A stretch of 64,000 nt of DNA from an uncultured Methanosarcinaceae archaeon (GCA_963733675.1 CAVTET010000001.1:768001-832000), one strand, 5' to 3'. Numbered from the stretch's first letter, positions 49,220 to 61,315 are shown. Notes: generated by a model not told the origin, from the letters alone. Translations and numbers: made by a program.

Positions 49220-49824
49220 TTTTTGAAAGGAGACAGACTAAAAAAATGAGTTAACGAAATTTATTCTTCATACTGGATAATAAAATTCTTTCATGGTTCT
49301 ATATTTTTTATAAAAATCTTCCTATTATTTTTGGGTTAAGTCCTACTTTTACATAACCTATAGAACACATCCGGGTTTGATATGAGTATCTCCCTTGTAG
49401 GTAGCAACATTACTCTAGCTTTATTCGGAAGGATAAGCTTAGATATCTTCTTCATATTTCTCAGAATTTTTGTCACTGTACATACAATAGCCTTCTTGGT
49501 TTCACATTACTTTGAACAATCTCACCTTTGCAAAGGTCAGGCCTGCAAGTTACAGTAGGGTTTTAACTACCTCCTAGCCAACAATTAAATTGCTTTCCAG
49601 CTAAGGTACTTCTCAAGAAAAACTTTTTTCAATCATGTAGATATTGGACACGGGGTAATAATTTATAAAAATCATTAGCAACCATTCTTGATTATTTTTT
49701 CTAATTATCGGTATAGGATAAATATTTTAGTTGTATACTTTTTCCATAAGTTTTGTTATCAAGTTTCTAAAATATCATTGAATGTTTGTTCCAAATCGCT
49801 GAAATGTTAACTATCAACTTGTAA

Positions 49825-50275
49825 ATGAAAATATTAGATAAGCCTTTGGAAATTCTTTTAGTTGAAGATAATAAGGGAGACAATGGATTAATTCTAGAAT
49901 TCTTCAGTGATGCAAAAGTTATACCTAATCTTCATGTTGCTGAAGACGGGGAAGAAGCAGGCAATTTTTTATGTCATGAAGGGAAGTTTTTAGGTTCTCA
50001 GCGTCCAGATATAATTATTTTGGATTTGAATTTACCAAAAAAAGATGGACGTGAGGTTCTTAAAGAAATAAAAAGAGAATTGTAGCTTTAAAAACATACC
50101 TGTAATCATTTTAACTACTTCCAATGCTGAAAAAGACATCCTTAGAGTTTATGATCTTCATGCCAATGCCTATCTCATTAAATCACTTAATTTTGAAAAA
50201 TTTATGACAGTAATTGAATGCATAGAAGACTTTTGGTTTAAAGCTGTAACATTACCACCAAAACACTCGCATTAA
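49825..50275 (+). pseudogene. Single-domain response regulator (Rcp1-like), frameshifted
   Basis: ILLVED...PDIIILDLNLPKKDGREVL; after an extra A at ~50070 the other frame continues ENCSFKNIPVIILTTSNAEKDILRVYDLHANAY...IEDFWF. Confidence 0.88.
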
Positions 50276-51273
50276 AAATTATGATCGTGGAAATAATACA
50301 ACAGTTAGAATCGGTATATTCATATAAAAGTAAATTGGGCTTTAAATAAACAGATTTGCTGAAAATTAAGTGTATGTGCGTTTTTCTATACTTTTAAGTT
50401 TATGAGTATAGTTACTATGAATAGAATAGTAATGAGAATTTACGTTGAGAACATATATGAATTTTAGTGAATTTAGATAAACTTCGACACATTTGAGTAT
50501 TGAAGAATTTAAATCTCTTAAGACTAATTTCTACTTATGAAAACTCTTACTGATTTTGCTCTTAAAACTCTAATTTTTAGAAGTTAAAATGAAACAAACA
50601 TCTCTAATTTGCCTATGTCCAACTGAAAAGACTCCAGACTATGAGCGAAGACTTGGATATAAGAGAATATTAGAAGTAGCTGAAAAACTCTATAAGTGTT
50701 GACAGCTGTGGTATAATGGTCTAGTTATTAGCCTGGGCGACCAGACTGATCTAAAATGTCAAAAAAGTTGATCTTGTTAGCTGCAGGGAGGAGAATCCTG
50801 TAGCCTGTCGGAAAGTCTACTGCAAGGTACGGAATACCTATAAGAAGTAACAAGATTCGATTAAAGATATAGTTTTCGTATATCATAATTATAACTACCT
50901 TAAACTAATGAGTGTAACTCTTTAGGCGAAATTCTATCTTAAAATCAAAGTAACCATCTTTTATAAAATAAATTATATTAATTTAATGTAATATTATATA
51001 TACATATGAAATTTCGAAAACCTACCCCGAGTTATCAAGCTGCAAAGCCATGAGGATTTAGTGTGTCAGAAAAAGAACTTAATCTGGGGCTCCCAGTGGG
51101 ACTTTTATTGATTGTTATATAGGAATATATCATTATCTGAGTCAAAAACGTCTTAAAACGCTCCACAATCGTTTATTTTCTTATGCCAAGAGTTCTAATT
51201 AGGGCTTATGTATCAGAAAACGAAGAAAATATTGAAAATGAGGTTGAATAGAGCTTGACGCGAGCTCAATAAT

Positions 51274-51302
51274 AAAAGGGGAGCTATTAAGGTTCCCCTT
51301 TA
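51274..51302. terminator. Hairpin flanked by A/T tracts, downstream of the Gly/Tyr-rich gene
   Basis: AAAAGGGGAGC-TATTAA-GGTTCCCCTTTT. Confidence 0.5.
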
Positions 51303-51513
51303 TTTTTATTTTTTGGCTACATTACTTTCTGCACTTGTGGGATTTGGTAAGTTCCATTTAATACCTTGGGACCTGGTAGATTACATTCTAAAGATGACAG
51401 AAAAATCTCCATTGGGTGCAAACAGCCAATTTGATTTTTTTCCTGAAGTTCATCGTGTTGGATGTAGATGTCCAGTGAACCATTTGGGTTCACCATGTGG
51501 CACATTTTTATAT

Positions 51514-51789
51514 TTAGATCATGTAGCTGCCGTAGCCAAGACCATAGAAACCGTATCCGAGGCCGCAGCCGTAGCCGCCGTACCAGGGGTATCCAAAGCC
51601 GTAGCCCCATTCGCCATACCAGGGGTATCCAAAGCCGTAGCCCCATCCGCCATACCAGGGGTATCCAAAGCCGTAGCCTCAGCCGCCATGACCGCCATGA
51701 CCTGTACTAGCTGCAACTGCTGAAAACGATGTTACAAATAGGACTGCCAGTAAAACGGCAAGTACCTTTTTCATTCTGAGTTTTAACAT
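51514..51789 (-). pseudogene. Secreted Gly/Tyr/Trp-rich tandem-repeat protein with an in-frame TGA
   Basis: MLKLRMKKVLAVLLAVLFVTSFSAVAASTGHGGHGG*GYGFGYPWYGGWGYGFGYPWYGEWGYGFGYPWYGGYGCGLGYGFYGLGYGSYMI*, with a GGAGTGA RBS. Confidence 0.8.
51580..51687. repeat. Three tandem 36-bp coding repeats (GGWGYGFGYPWY)
   Basis: TACCAGGGGTATCCAAAGCCGTAGCC recurs at 36-bp intervals (51581, 51617, 51653). Confidence 0.92.
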
Positions 51790-52729
51790 TTATTTCACTC
51801 CTTTTATTATATTTACAACATGATATTTTGAGAGTTATCTTTGAATCATTGCTCTATCGACTAATAGTGAAACCAAACTTAACTGGCCTGCTAGTAAAAA
51901 GGCAAGTATCTTTGTTACTGAGTAACAATCATTAATAATGTCCGTATTATATATTAATATTATTAGATTAATAAAAAAATAAATGTAGACAAGTTCACTA
52001 ATGAATCCACAAGTTTAAAAAGCGCATTTCTGCATTAAAATGAAGAAAATTAAGATATCAAATACCTATCAATAAAAATTCAAGAATGTAATCAATAACA
52101 TAATTCCTGTAATAGCAGGCCAGTACAGTACCTTCATGTATATGTTGTCTTTTGTATCAAAAGCTCTAAATTTTCTAAGTTCCATCCAGAATAAGAAAAC
52201 ATTGCTGATCTATTACTAATATATGAAAAGGTTGCTGATCTATTATTAATGGAGCTTATGGAACTCATAAAGCGTTTGGAGCTCATGGAACACTTGGAAT
52301 TAATTAACCTATTTGTTTCCTGTGATCTGGTCTTCATTTATATCAATGAGTATTGAGACTACTAACCTCAATACAGGTTGCTAGTTAGGGCTGCCAAAAC
52401 CATTTTGCTTCTGAAATGTAATATTCTCTTTCCATATTGCATAATATATATGGAATTCAGTATAACTATGCACTAGGAATAACACTGTCATAATGTTTAT
52501 GCATCTATCTTTATTAACTCACAATATGTAGAATAACTAAGCTAGGTGATTTATGAGATGAATAGTTTCCTTATTTTGCTTACACTACTATAACTAAAGT
52601 TCGTATCCTTAAAAGCTTGAAATTAGAGAAACTAATGAAAACTGAAAAGCAGATCAATAAGTGGGCTAAATAAAAGATTCGAAACTTCTTTTTTTGAGAT
52701 ATTTTTTTGCTTGTTTAGTTATTTATTAC

Positions 52730-52820
52730 AGAGGATTTTGATAAATCCCTAAATTTAGTCATATTCTTATAAATGGTCTATAAATAACTCGTGAAAATCA
52801 GAGATTTATCGAAAGCCCTT
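52730..52820 (+). mobile_element. ~90-bp MITE copy
   Basis: AGAGGATTTTGATAAATCCC...TTATAAATGG...ACTCGTGAAAATCAGAGATTTATCGAAAGCCCT. Confidence 0.78.
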
Positions 52821-52971
52821 ATATTCAATTGCTAGTAGTATGAATGATAAATTTTGGCTATCCTATAGGATAATATAATGGTTCATATTTTCTTTTTCTG
52901 ATTAGCCAATTCAAAATTAGGTGAATATTTCAATGTGAGATTCTGTAGGTTTCAATTATGTGTGCCACTCA

Positions 52972-54261
52972 TTATCCCGGGAACTGCTTGATTTTTACTC
53001 CCAGATTGGCCAAATCTTTGAAGAAGTAGGGATAAGAGATGGACACAGATTCAGTTGTGTCAATTGTAGTATTCCCTGTCACCATCCCTGCTATTGCAAG
53101 GGCCATCACAATTCTGTGGTCGTGCCAGCCGTGAACTACTGCTCCCTTAAGTTTACCTCCGGTGATGGTCAGACTGTCCTTCTCTTCTTTAAGGGTGATT
53201 CCAAGCTTTGGAAGTTCGGTTGCAAGGGCACGAAGTCGGTCAGTTTCCTTATATCTAACATGTTCTGCATTTTCGATTCTGCTGATCCCTTTAGCAACTG
53301 CAGCCAGAACAGCGACTGTAGGGACAAGATCAGGGGTTCCTCCGGCATCAAAGGTGATGGCTTTTAAATGTTTACCTCCTCTGACAGTTACAGTACCAGC
53401 TTCTTTATCCCATGTTATATCTGCTCCCATTTGTTTCAGAGTTTCAATGATCAGCTTATCCCCTTGTTTAGAGGGATATAAATTTTTGACTGTGACTTTT
53501 GACTTGTCTGTCAGAGCTGCGGCTGCAAGAAGATAGGAAGCGGAAGAAAAGTCACCGGGAATTGTATAGTCTTTGAGATCATATTTTTGTTTCCCGGGGA
53601 TAATGAATCTAGTTCCATTGTGACTGTCCTTTGAAATTTTAGCTCCTGCCATTTCAAGCATCTCAATTGTTATGTCCACATAGGGTTTTGACTTCAATTT
53701 TCCTATAATCGAAAGAGTGGTGCTATTTTCTATAAGCGGGCAGGCTATAAGAATGGCGGAGATGAATTGAGAACTGATGGAACCGTTAATATTCACCTCC
53801 GTCCCTTTAAATCCACCTTTGACTACAAGCGGAGCTCTCTCGTTTCCTTGAGTGGAGCAGGCGCTGACACCCAATTTGTTGAGAACATCAAGAAGAGGTC
53901 CATTTGGTCGGGTGCGCAGGGAGTTATCTCCAGTGAGCACTGTGATTCCATCAGTAAGGCCTGCAACTGCTGTCATGAAACGGAGTGTTGTCCCTGAATT
54001 TGCAGCATCAATTACATCTTCCGGAACATTTGGTTTTCCATTAACTCCATGAATTATGAGATTTTCTTCCTCCCTTTCAATCAAGGCCCCGAACATCTCT
54101 GAAGCACGGATTGTAGCGAGGGTATCGGCGGAAATCAGAGGGTGACGTACAATTGATTCTTTCGAAAGGGCTGCCAGGGTTATAGCCCTGTGAGTATAAC
54201 TCTTTGAGGGTGGAGCAAAGACTTCCCCTTTAATTGATGATTTGCTAATAAAAACGCGCAT
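52972..54261 (-). CDS. aroA: 3-phosphoshikimate 1-carboxyvinyltransferase (EPSP synthase)
   Basis: PPSKSYTHRA, NSGTTLRF, SSQFISA, PGDFSSA, RYKETDR and DHRIVMA motifs. Confidence 0.97.
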   Translation of the reverse strand: MRVFISKSSIKGEVFAPPSKSYTHRAITLAALSKESIVRHPLISADTLATIRASEMFGALIEREEENLIIHGVNGKPNVPEDVIDAANSGTTLRFMTAVAGLTDGITVLTGDNSLRTRPNGPLLDVLNKLGVSACSTQGNERAPLVVKGGFKGTEVNINGSISSQFISAILIACPLIENSTTLSIIGKLKSKPYVDITIEMLEMAGAKISKDSHNGTRFIIPGKQKYDLKDYTIPGDFSSASYLLAAAALTDKSKVTVKNLYPSKQGDKLIIETLKQMGADITWDKEAGTVTVRGGKHLKAITFDAGGTPDLVPTVAVLAAVAKGISRIENAEHVRYKETDRLRALATELPKLGITLKEEKDSLTITGGKLKGAVVHGWHDHRIVMALAIAGMVTGNTTIDTTESVSISYPYFFKDLANLGVKIKQFPG

Positions 54262-54779
54262 ATATATAGCTCTCCTACTTTTATTTTAAACTTTTTTTCA
54301 AAATTCAGATAGCTTGTTTGTGTTTTTTTGTTAATGATTCTAAATTTAGTTTTAGGAATTCAATTCACAACTTGTACAATACTTTCCACCATGTATAAAC
54401 CATGGTCATAGGAATGAGCTGAAATGCTGATACCAGTTATCGTACCGTGTTTTGCTCTTCTACTCTGTCAGTGCATTTATTAGAGGAGTTTCGAGAGTCC
54501 ATTATGATTTACGAGGTCAGCTCCTGCTACCTAATTTCTTCTGGAAAACTAATTATGTGTGCACTCTCACCCCTTATTTCAAAGTTATCGAGCGTCATGA
54601 AAGGGACCTCATCAACTCTTGTGTATAAAGGGGTGATCCATGTAATCGCTATTTTCTGCCTGGATGTGGGGCTTTCCTAACATTTATTAATCATACATTC
54701 TATCTGGTCTGTTTTTCAGTTCTAGTTAAGAAAGCTCTTTCAGTATGTGTATTTAAAATTCTGTGTGTAATCATTCACT

Positions 54780-55046
54780 CTTTATTCTCAAAACCAAGTC
54801 GATAAAGTTGGCTTTGCAACTGCCTCCAGATTTTTTCGTTGCAGTTATCAATAATTCTTTTTCTGAATGATTAGACTTTGGTACTGTCTGGTATGTACTT
54901 AGGAAACCAATAAATTTCATAAAAGAAATTCTATTATACATTGTTTCTCAAGAGCAAATTCAGTAGAGTTCTCATAAGTAAAAATTATTGTTAAGAGATT
55001 TAAACTCTCTAATACTTAAATTCATAGGAGTTTATAGAAATTCTCT
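54780..55046 (-). mobile_element. Internally deleted IS5-group remnant
   Basis: GTTGGCTTTGCAACTG block and TIR GGAGTTTATAGAAATTCTCT. Confidence 0.7.
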
Positions 55047-55049
55047 AAG

Positions 55050-55515
55050 ATATTATGTTTTTTTTATTGAGTATAGTGAAAAGATTTTATCAAATAATGA
55101 CTTTATCAACTATTTAAAATATGTATGCTTTAAAATTGGTAAAAGGTACTTTTTTGAGTTGACGGAATAGGTATTAATGGTGATCATATGCATCTTTTCG
55201 TTGGTCTGAACCAATATATTATCCTTCAAGAGTGATGCAGATTATATAAATATATCACAGCAAGAAAAATCTTTAAATAATAATCTGATATTAAAAACAT
55301 CTTTTGTATGGTGAACTTTGGAATGCTGGAGACTGTATTGGAACTGTGGTTAATGATACAAATTCTGATTGAATTATAGAGAATGTTGAAATTAAGGAAA
55401 ACAGAAAGAAAAAAATTATACGAATAAATTAAAATATTTGATTTGAATAATTCCTTTATTCAAGATTTTGGGTGCGAACATACCCAGTTACTTGAAGCTA
55501 ATTGCGCTATTGCAA
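55050..55515 (+). mobile_element. IS200 tnpA remnant
   Basis: Decayed DHMHLFVG...YPSRVMQII..ITARKIF motifs. Confidence 0.75.
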
Positions 55516-55618
55516 CTTTTATTTTATTCTGTTTTTTAAAAATGATTTCGAAGCTAGTGAGATTCAAAATTACTGTTCGAGGTATATTTATATATATCAA
55601 TACATGTTATACACACAA

Positions 55619-55795
55619 GTCGCATTGTATAGGTCCTTGCACGAGGTAATGGGAAATCCTGACTGTGAGTGTACAGACAACCCCAATGCGGTACAACAAT
55701 AGTGTGACATTGACCGACACGAGGGTAACTGAAAGTGACTGCGGGAAACCAGAGAATGAACTTTCGGAGTTAGTGCGTTCGGGCTACAACACTAT
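55619..55795 (+). ncRNA. Possible group II intron domain I fragment or other structured RNA
   Basis: GC-richer island with nested stems GAAAGT...GG-GAAA-CC...ACTTTC and TAGTG...CACTA. The start GTCGC resembles a mutated GUGCG. No RT ORF or domain V is seen. Confidence 0.4.
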
Positions 55796-56459
55796 TCTTT
55801 ATGGTTTCAAGGGTTCCATTTGGTAGGTCCAGTACTTTGCTAAATATCTCTCTTCAACTTTTATTCCATCTATCTACCTAAGAACTTCACCATTATCCTA
55901 ACTCTTATTTTTAGTATCAGCCATCCCTCAATGAAAAATACAAACATACCAAATCTGAACTTTTCTCATCTATAGATGTATGTCCTCGTTTGATGCTCTT
56001 AGAATGTTTTTCTGGAGGTTTTCTTATGTGTTTTTTTGCAGGCATATACATTTTAGCATAAATATACAATGTTAAAATTTTTAGATGTGTTGCTTAATTT
56101 AGCCATATTTCTTATTTTACATTGTAAACTACGAAGTGATGGAGGTTACATTGAAACTGTGGGTTATGGACAACTTGCGATGTAATAAAAAACCATGTTG
56201 AAAATCAGATAAACAAGAGGAAAAAAGAATAATAGGAAAATTAAAATATTTCATTTAGGATAATTTCCTCTATATTAAGGTCTTTGAGCAATTTTGCTTC
56301 GTTTTGAAATTAGTATTGTTTCATTCTATTGGATAAGCTCTTTATGTTTAATATTTTAGGATGGCCGAATAAGTATGTTTCACACGTAAATATTGTTACT
56401 GTTTTGAGACAGACTGAACTAAATATTTCTGGCTACTCCTAATAAATGTATTAAATAAT

Positions 56460-57451
56460 GGCTCTGTAGAAATCCTCTAAATTGAATTTCTACACTATAT
56501 TTTATAGCTATTATGTTATAATATAACTCCTTATTTTTCCCCATAACAACGAAGGAATACTCAATATTGAAATCGAATAAATACATCAAATTTGTTGATG
56601 CTAGCCTTGAAACTGTGCAGTCTTCGAGACTGAAGCTTTATTACTGCAAATATTTCAAACATGTTTATACTCAGCATCAGATTCTTGTTTTATTGAAGGA
56701 GTATATAAGCACAGACTATCGTGATTTTGTAGAACTTATTGACCTTATGGATTGTATAAAAAAACTTGATCTTGATAAGATTTCACATTTCACTACTCTT
56801 AGAAAATTTGTATCAAGAATTCTTTCTTCCCCGCTTAACCTAATTTTGTCAAGGATTCTAAAGCTATTTTACTACATGGAGAAAATGTCTCTATTACAGC
56901 GATTGATGCAACAGGATTTACGAGTTCCTACGCAAGTTATTATTATTCCCGCAGAACGGGGAAGCTTCGAAAAAGCTTCCTGAAAACTTCAATATCAGTA
57001 GACACAAATAAAATGGTAATATTAGGATGGAAAATCAGTCAAAAAACAGATCACGAGATTAAACATGCAAATGCTCTGATAAGACAATCAAATAGGATAA
57101 GAAGGTCTGAATGTTATGTGATGGATAAAGGGTATGATTCTGAAAATATTCATGCTCTAATTAGATAAGAAATGAAGGCAGACTCAATTATACCTTTAAG
57201 GAAGAGAAACAGAAAGAAAGTCGGGGAAAATATAGAAAACAATTACCTCTGGTCTTTGACAAAATTAAATACAATCAAAGGAATCTGGCAGAGACAACAT
57301 TCTCTGTAGTGAAAAGGAAGTTTGGAGAAACACTTCGGGCAAGAAAGTTCCGTAATCAAGTAAAGGAAATTAAACTTAAACTCATAGTGTACAACATAGA
57401 CAAAAAAGTTGTAGAAATAATTTGCATCAAATTAAGGATTTCTACAGAGCC
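56460..57451 (+). mobile_element. IS5-family element with frameshifted transposase
   Basis: Perfect 17-bp TIRs GGCTCTGTAGAAATCCT / AGGATTTCTACAGAGCC and a 7/8-matching TSD (TAAATAAT / AAAATAAT). Motifs [26 protein letters not shown] and ETTFSVVKRKFG lie in different frames. Confidence 0.92.
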
Positions 57452-57488
57452 AAAATAATCTCTCATTTGTAAGTAAACCATTTATCAC

Positions 57489-57579
57489 AGAAGATTTCAA
57501 TAAATTTCTGAGTTTCTTGATTCATTTATATACTACTAATAAAAATATCATTAATTTTAGGGGTTTATCAAAATTCGCT
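57489..57579 (-). mobile_element. ~90-bp MITE copy
   Basis: AGAAGATTTCAATAAA...GGGGTTTATCAAAATTCGCT ends. Confidence 0.7.
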
Positions 57580-57774
57580 TAAAACTTAGCTATTAAAGTT
57601 TAGGAAAAAATATTCATAGTGTCATTATTTAAAATTTGATGGATAAGTTCTTTGAAAATCATTTTCTTTAACGATTGGCTTTGATTGTATTTTTCTTCCA
57701 AAATGTCTTGAAAATTACATATTTTTCACAACTCAAAACCAACATTTTTAGATTTATTTTGAGTAGCTAAATAA

Positions 57775-58218
57775 TTACATTAAATCAGAATAAAAGCAAG
57801 AATTTGTCTTTAATCTTAACCTGACAACGTAGGTATAAAGGCTTTCTACATCTTTAATCTCCTTATGACACATCAGCTTCATTTTGTGGCGTATCTGAAG
57901 CTCAGGTTTCAAACCAAAATTTTCGAAATAGCCTGAAAGCTTAACAGCCAGTAAATCACCCCGTCTATCCCAATCTGTTAGGACGACTACTTCATTTCCA
58001 ATTTTTGCAATTGTCTCTGTAAAATTATAAAGAGAGGTGTTGGTTGCAAGCTCAAAATTGCCTTCAATTCCAAGCCTTCTCAATGAAAAGATATCTCTTT
58101 TCCCTTCCACGATGATAATTGCTCCCCTTCCTGAATACTCTGAAAGTTCGGATAGCAACTCTTCAATTTTTTCAAGCTTTTTTCTGTAAATTTCAAGATC
58201 AACCACGGTGTTATACAA
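57775..58218 (-). CDS. Small Toprim-domain protein (UPF0292-like)
   Basis: [19 protein letters not shown] and IKDVE motifs. TTG start after GGAG. Confidence 0.88.
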   Translation of the reverse strand: MYNTVVDLEIYRKKLEKIEELLSELSEYSGRGAIIIVEGKRDIFSLRRLGIEGNFELATNTSLYNFTETIAKIGNEVVVLTDWDRRGDLLAVKLSGYFENFGLKPELQIRHKMKLMCHKEIKDVESLYTYVVRLRLKTNSCFYSDLM

Positions 58219-58325
58219 CCTTCTCCTATATATTCAATAGTCAGGATAATAAGATGCTGAAATGTTACTTTTTAAAATCGGGGGAAAATTACTCTTAAAA
58301 CTATCCTATTTCAATAGGTCGTTTT

Positions 58326-58643
58326 TCATTTTTTAAAATAGGGCGCAAAAATAGAAACAGCCTGTTGGTAAGAAATTCCTTTTATTAGTAAGGATTTTTT
58401 ACTACTTGTTATTCCACTGGAGAGCCGAATATCCGAATTACTAATCCCAAAGAGTTTTGCAAAACATTTGACCAATTGTTCGTTTGCTTTTCCCTTATGG
58501 GCATTTTTGGTTATCTTTACTTCAATTCTCTTACGCCATTCGTTGTAACCACTCGGAATTGAGATCAAACTGGAACCAGGAATGACTTCGATATCGACAA
58601 TAATACTAGAATCCAAATCTTTTATTGCCTCTTCGAAAGACAT
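58326..58643 (-). CDS. DUF167 / YggU (UPF0235) protein
   Basis: V.PGS...GYNEWRKRI...GKANEQL...F.....I....G.TS..K pattern. Confidence 0.88.
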   Translation of the reverse strand: MSFEEAIKDLDSSIIVDIEVIPGSSLISIPSGYNEWRKRIEVKITKNAHKGKANEQLVKCFAKLFGISNSDIRLSSGITSSKKSLLIKGISYQQAVSIFAPYFKK

Positions 58644-58989
58644 ATTTTTACCTTTTTGAGGGAATACTATAAATCAATAACTGATCAACGATCAGAGTAA
58701 AGGAATTTTATAAATAGTGAGCAGTAATCATATTTAGGGTGCGAGATGTAGATATCCATTGATCAAGCAACTTCAGTAAGTCACTAATTTTTATTTGGCA
58801 ACAAACAATGCCTTAATATTATCCTTATATAATGGTGGAAACGTATCCAATGTAGTTACCATTATATTAAATCCAGTGGCACAACAATTTAATTATTATT
58901 CGTCTTAATAAACTCTGAATCCTATTACATTCCAAAACATTCACTTTGGCCCAATGTCACTTAAATAGATATCAAAGTAATGGATATTG

Positions 58990-59161
58990 AATGTAATGAT
59001 ATACGGATATGCGATGTTGAGACTCCGATTCATTGCATGGTTGCATGGCCTGGAGAGAAAAAAGGAGAACAAAAAAGATATAGACTGGAAACTTACGAGG
59101 AATCATGCTGATGGGAAACTGTTCATGATTCTATTCAATAATTAAATTGTCAACATGCTAG
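58990..59161 (+). mobile_element. IS630-family 3'-end remnant
   Basis: KDIDWKLTRNHADGKL resembles the IS630 C-terminal IDWxFTxxDARxKL motif, followed by a TIR-like end. Confidence 0.5.
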
Positions 59162-59231
59162 ATATAGTCTTAAAATAGAATTAAGGTAGAAAAAATGTAT
59201 TGATGCTTATTATAAGCCTTCAAATATTAAG

Positions 59232-60290
59232 GTGGATTCCTATTTACGTCTTATTTTTTTCTTTGTGGGGACCCTATTCAAATCTCTCTCGCTGATTCTT
59301 TTATGTGATTCAATTTCATCAATTAATATATATTATAACAAAAATCTGTGCACAATATCTTAGATTCACTCTCTGAACGATGGTGACAAAACTTTTTCCT
59401 TCTTAGGAGATCTTTTTATTACTGCAAAAAATCGTTCATTTTTAATTTTTTTGAGCTAATTTCCTTGTTCCTTAATATATCTCTTATTCCCAGAGAGTAT
59501 TCGTTTACTACTCTTTTCATTGTTGCATCATAACCTTTTGATTTTGCTCCAAAGTATCCCCTGTCTCTGTAAACAGTTTCATTTTTTTATGATAAATCTA
59601 CACTCGAATCACGAAGTGATACAGTTGTTGTTTTTGAATTTTCTGATAAGATCTAATTCCTGCCTATTATGCTATGAACTTTACATCCAAATTGTGACTT
59701 ATCAACTTTTTCATCCATGTTCCATATCTGATCCTCTTGTTTTTGCTTCATTTTCATGAGGTTTATCCACTTTTGCGGCCAGGGATCTGAACGGATAAAA
59801 ATAGAATCCTGAATAATTCTTTTTTTTATTTTCAAAAACAAGGCAATCCGGTTGGCTTTGCAACTGTCTCCATTATTTCTTCTTCATTTCAGTTACCATA
59901 ATCCTTTTCGGAATGACTGATTGTGTTATTGCTTGGTATGTACTCAGGAAAATCAAGAAATTTTCCAAAAAAAATTCGATCAATATATTGTTTATCAATT
60001 TCAAAGTTCGAAAGATAATGCTATTGCTGTAAACAATCATTTTAAGCATAATGATTACTTCAGATCTGCCTCTGTAAATTGTTTTGTTAAAATATCTGGA
60101 CTCTAAAATGATAAGAAAAGATTCCCAATCAATTGAGATATAAATTTTAGTAAGTTTCTCTCCAATTTATTGAAGACATTTTTATTCTTATTTCAAAGCA
60201 AAATCGGTAAGAGTTTTCATGAGTAAAGATTAATGTTAAGAGATCTAAACTCTCAAATACTCAAATACTAAGGAGTTTATCGAAATTCTC
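59232..60290 (-). mobile_element. Decayed near-full-length IS5-group element
   Basis: Collinear homology to 36683-37837. TIR GGAGTTTATCGAAATTCTC at 60272-60290. Confidence 0.85.
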
Positions 60291-60294
60291 AGGA

Positions 60295-60770
60295 ATCTAT
60301 TTGCTTTGATATTGGTAAAAGGTACTATTTTAAATTTGATGCAATCTTTAATAATGGTGATCTTGTACATTTTTTCGTTGGTTCTAAACCAAAATATTTT
60401 ACTTCAAGAATGATGTCGATTAGAGAGGATTTGAATAATGCAATAATTTAGTTATATGCTTATGAATGGTGTATCAATGCTCTTGAAAATAAAATGTGTA
60501 TCAAACTCCTCTATAAAAAGTATCACAGCAAGAAAAAACTTTAAAGAATACTCCTTGGTTGAAAACAAGTTATTTGATGTTGAATTGTGGGGTGATGGAG
60601 ATTCTACTGGAACTTTTGGTTATGTCCCTACTTAATATATCATCAAAAACGGTGTTGAAAATCAGGAAGGAAAAGAAACATAGTAGATAATTAAAATATT
60701 TGATTTTGAATTATCCGTTTATATCCTGAGTAATGATAAGAAAATCAGTTTTTTTGCATCGGTGTTTGGT
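60295..60770 (+). mobile_element. IS200 tnpA remnant interrupted by a ~90-bp MITE (60424-60512)
   Basis: tnpA motifs (H.FVGSKPKY..SRMM / IKSITARK) lie on both sides of AGAGGATTTGAATAA...TATCAAACTCCTCT. Confidence 0.75.
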
Positions 60771-60898
60771 ACTAAACTGTGATTTTTTCCCATCAGTTAG
60801 TACCCAGAAATATCTTTTGCACAAAAACAAATTTCTTTTGACTGATTTTCGGAAGGCGAATAGTTCTAAATTTATATGAAAGTTTAGTAGGAAACGTT

Positions 60899-61315
60899 TT
60901 AGTCTTTGTGAATCGGATTCGAAGTTTCCCCTTTCTCCTGAATCATTTCTACACTTTGTGAACTTTTTTGATGATTGAATGTTCGATCAAATTCCGGATA
61001 TTTCGAAAACTTGACAGCCAATTCTTCAAACATTTTATGTCTTGGGCTGATTATGATTATATGAGCAGGAGGATGAATTTTTTTTAACCTACTAATTGCT
61101 GCACCTGCATGATTATTCAATTCTACTAGTGCTGCAGAGTTACATTTTGATCTAAGTGATACTCCCATTATGCTTACAAGGAGCTCATCAGCATAATTAG
61201 GTTCTATGCATTTTGGGGTAGCTGAAAATTGAATGTGTCCGTATCTTTCTAGGTCATGTAATGCTATTTTCACTTTGTCCGAGTCATCCGCTCGGACTAA
61301 TGCAAAAGATTTCAT
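60899..61315 (-). CDS. DUF356 family protein
   Basis: LVRADDSDKVKIALHDLERYG...AISRLKKIHPPAHIIIIS. GGTG RBS. Confidence 0.85.
   Translation of the reverse strand: MKSFALVRADDSDKVKIALHDLERYGHIQFSATPKCIEPNYADELLVSIMGVSLRSKCNSAALVELNNHAGAAISRLKKIHPPAHIIIISPRHKMFEELAVKFSKYPEFDRTFNHQKSSQSVEMIQEKGETSNPIHKD

Noticed and set aside
50600-50725. Possible TnpB zinc-finger remnant (KLYKC..SCG)
   Set aside because: Too short and lacks the D-x-N-A RuvC-III motif.
51313-51723. ORF-track repeat proteins (AIPGVSKAVAP, RHTRGIQSRS, ALDTPGMA) and the idea that the 36-bp repeats are a CRISPR array
   Set aside because: The repeats are contiguous with no unique spacers, and only the Gly/Tyr frame has an RBS and signal peptide.
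54380-54680. Possible second intron or structured-RNA fragment (TCACCCCTT...AAGGGGTGA stem)
   Set aside because: A single stem only, with no recognisable domain V or protein motif.
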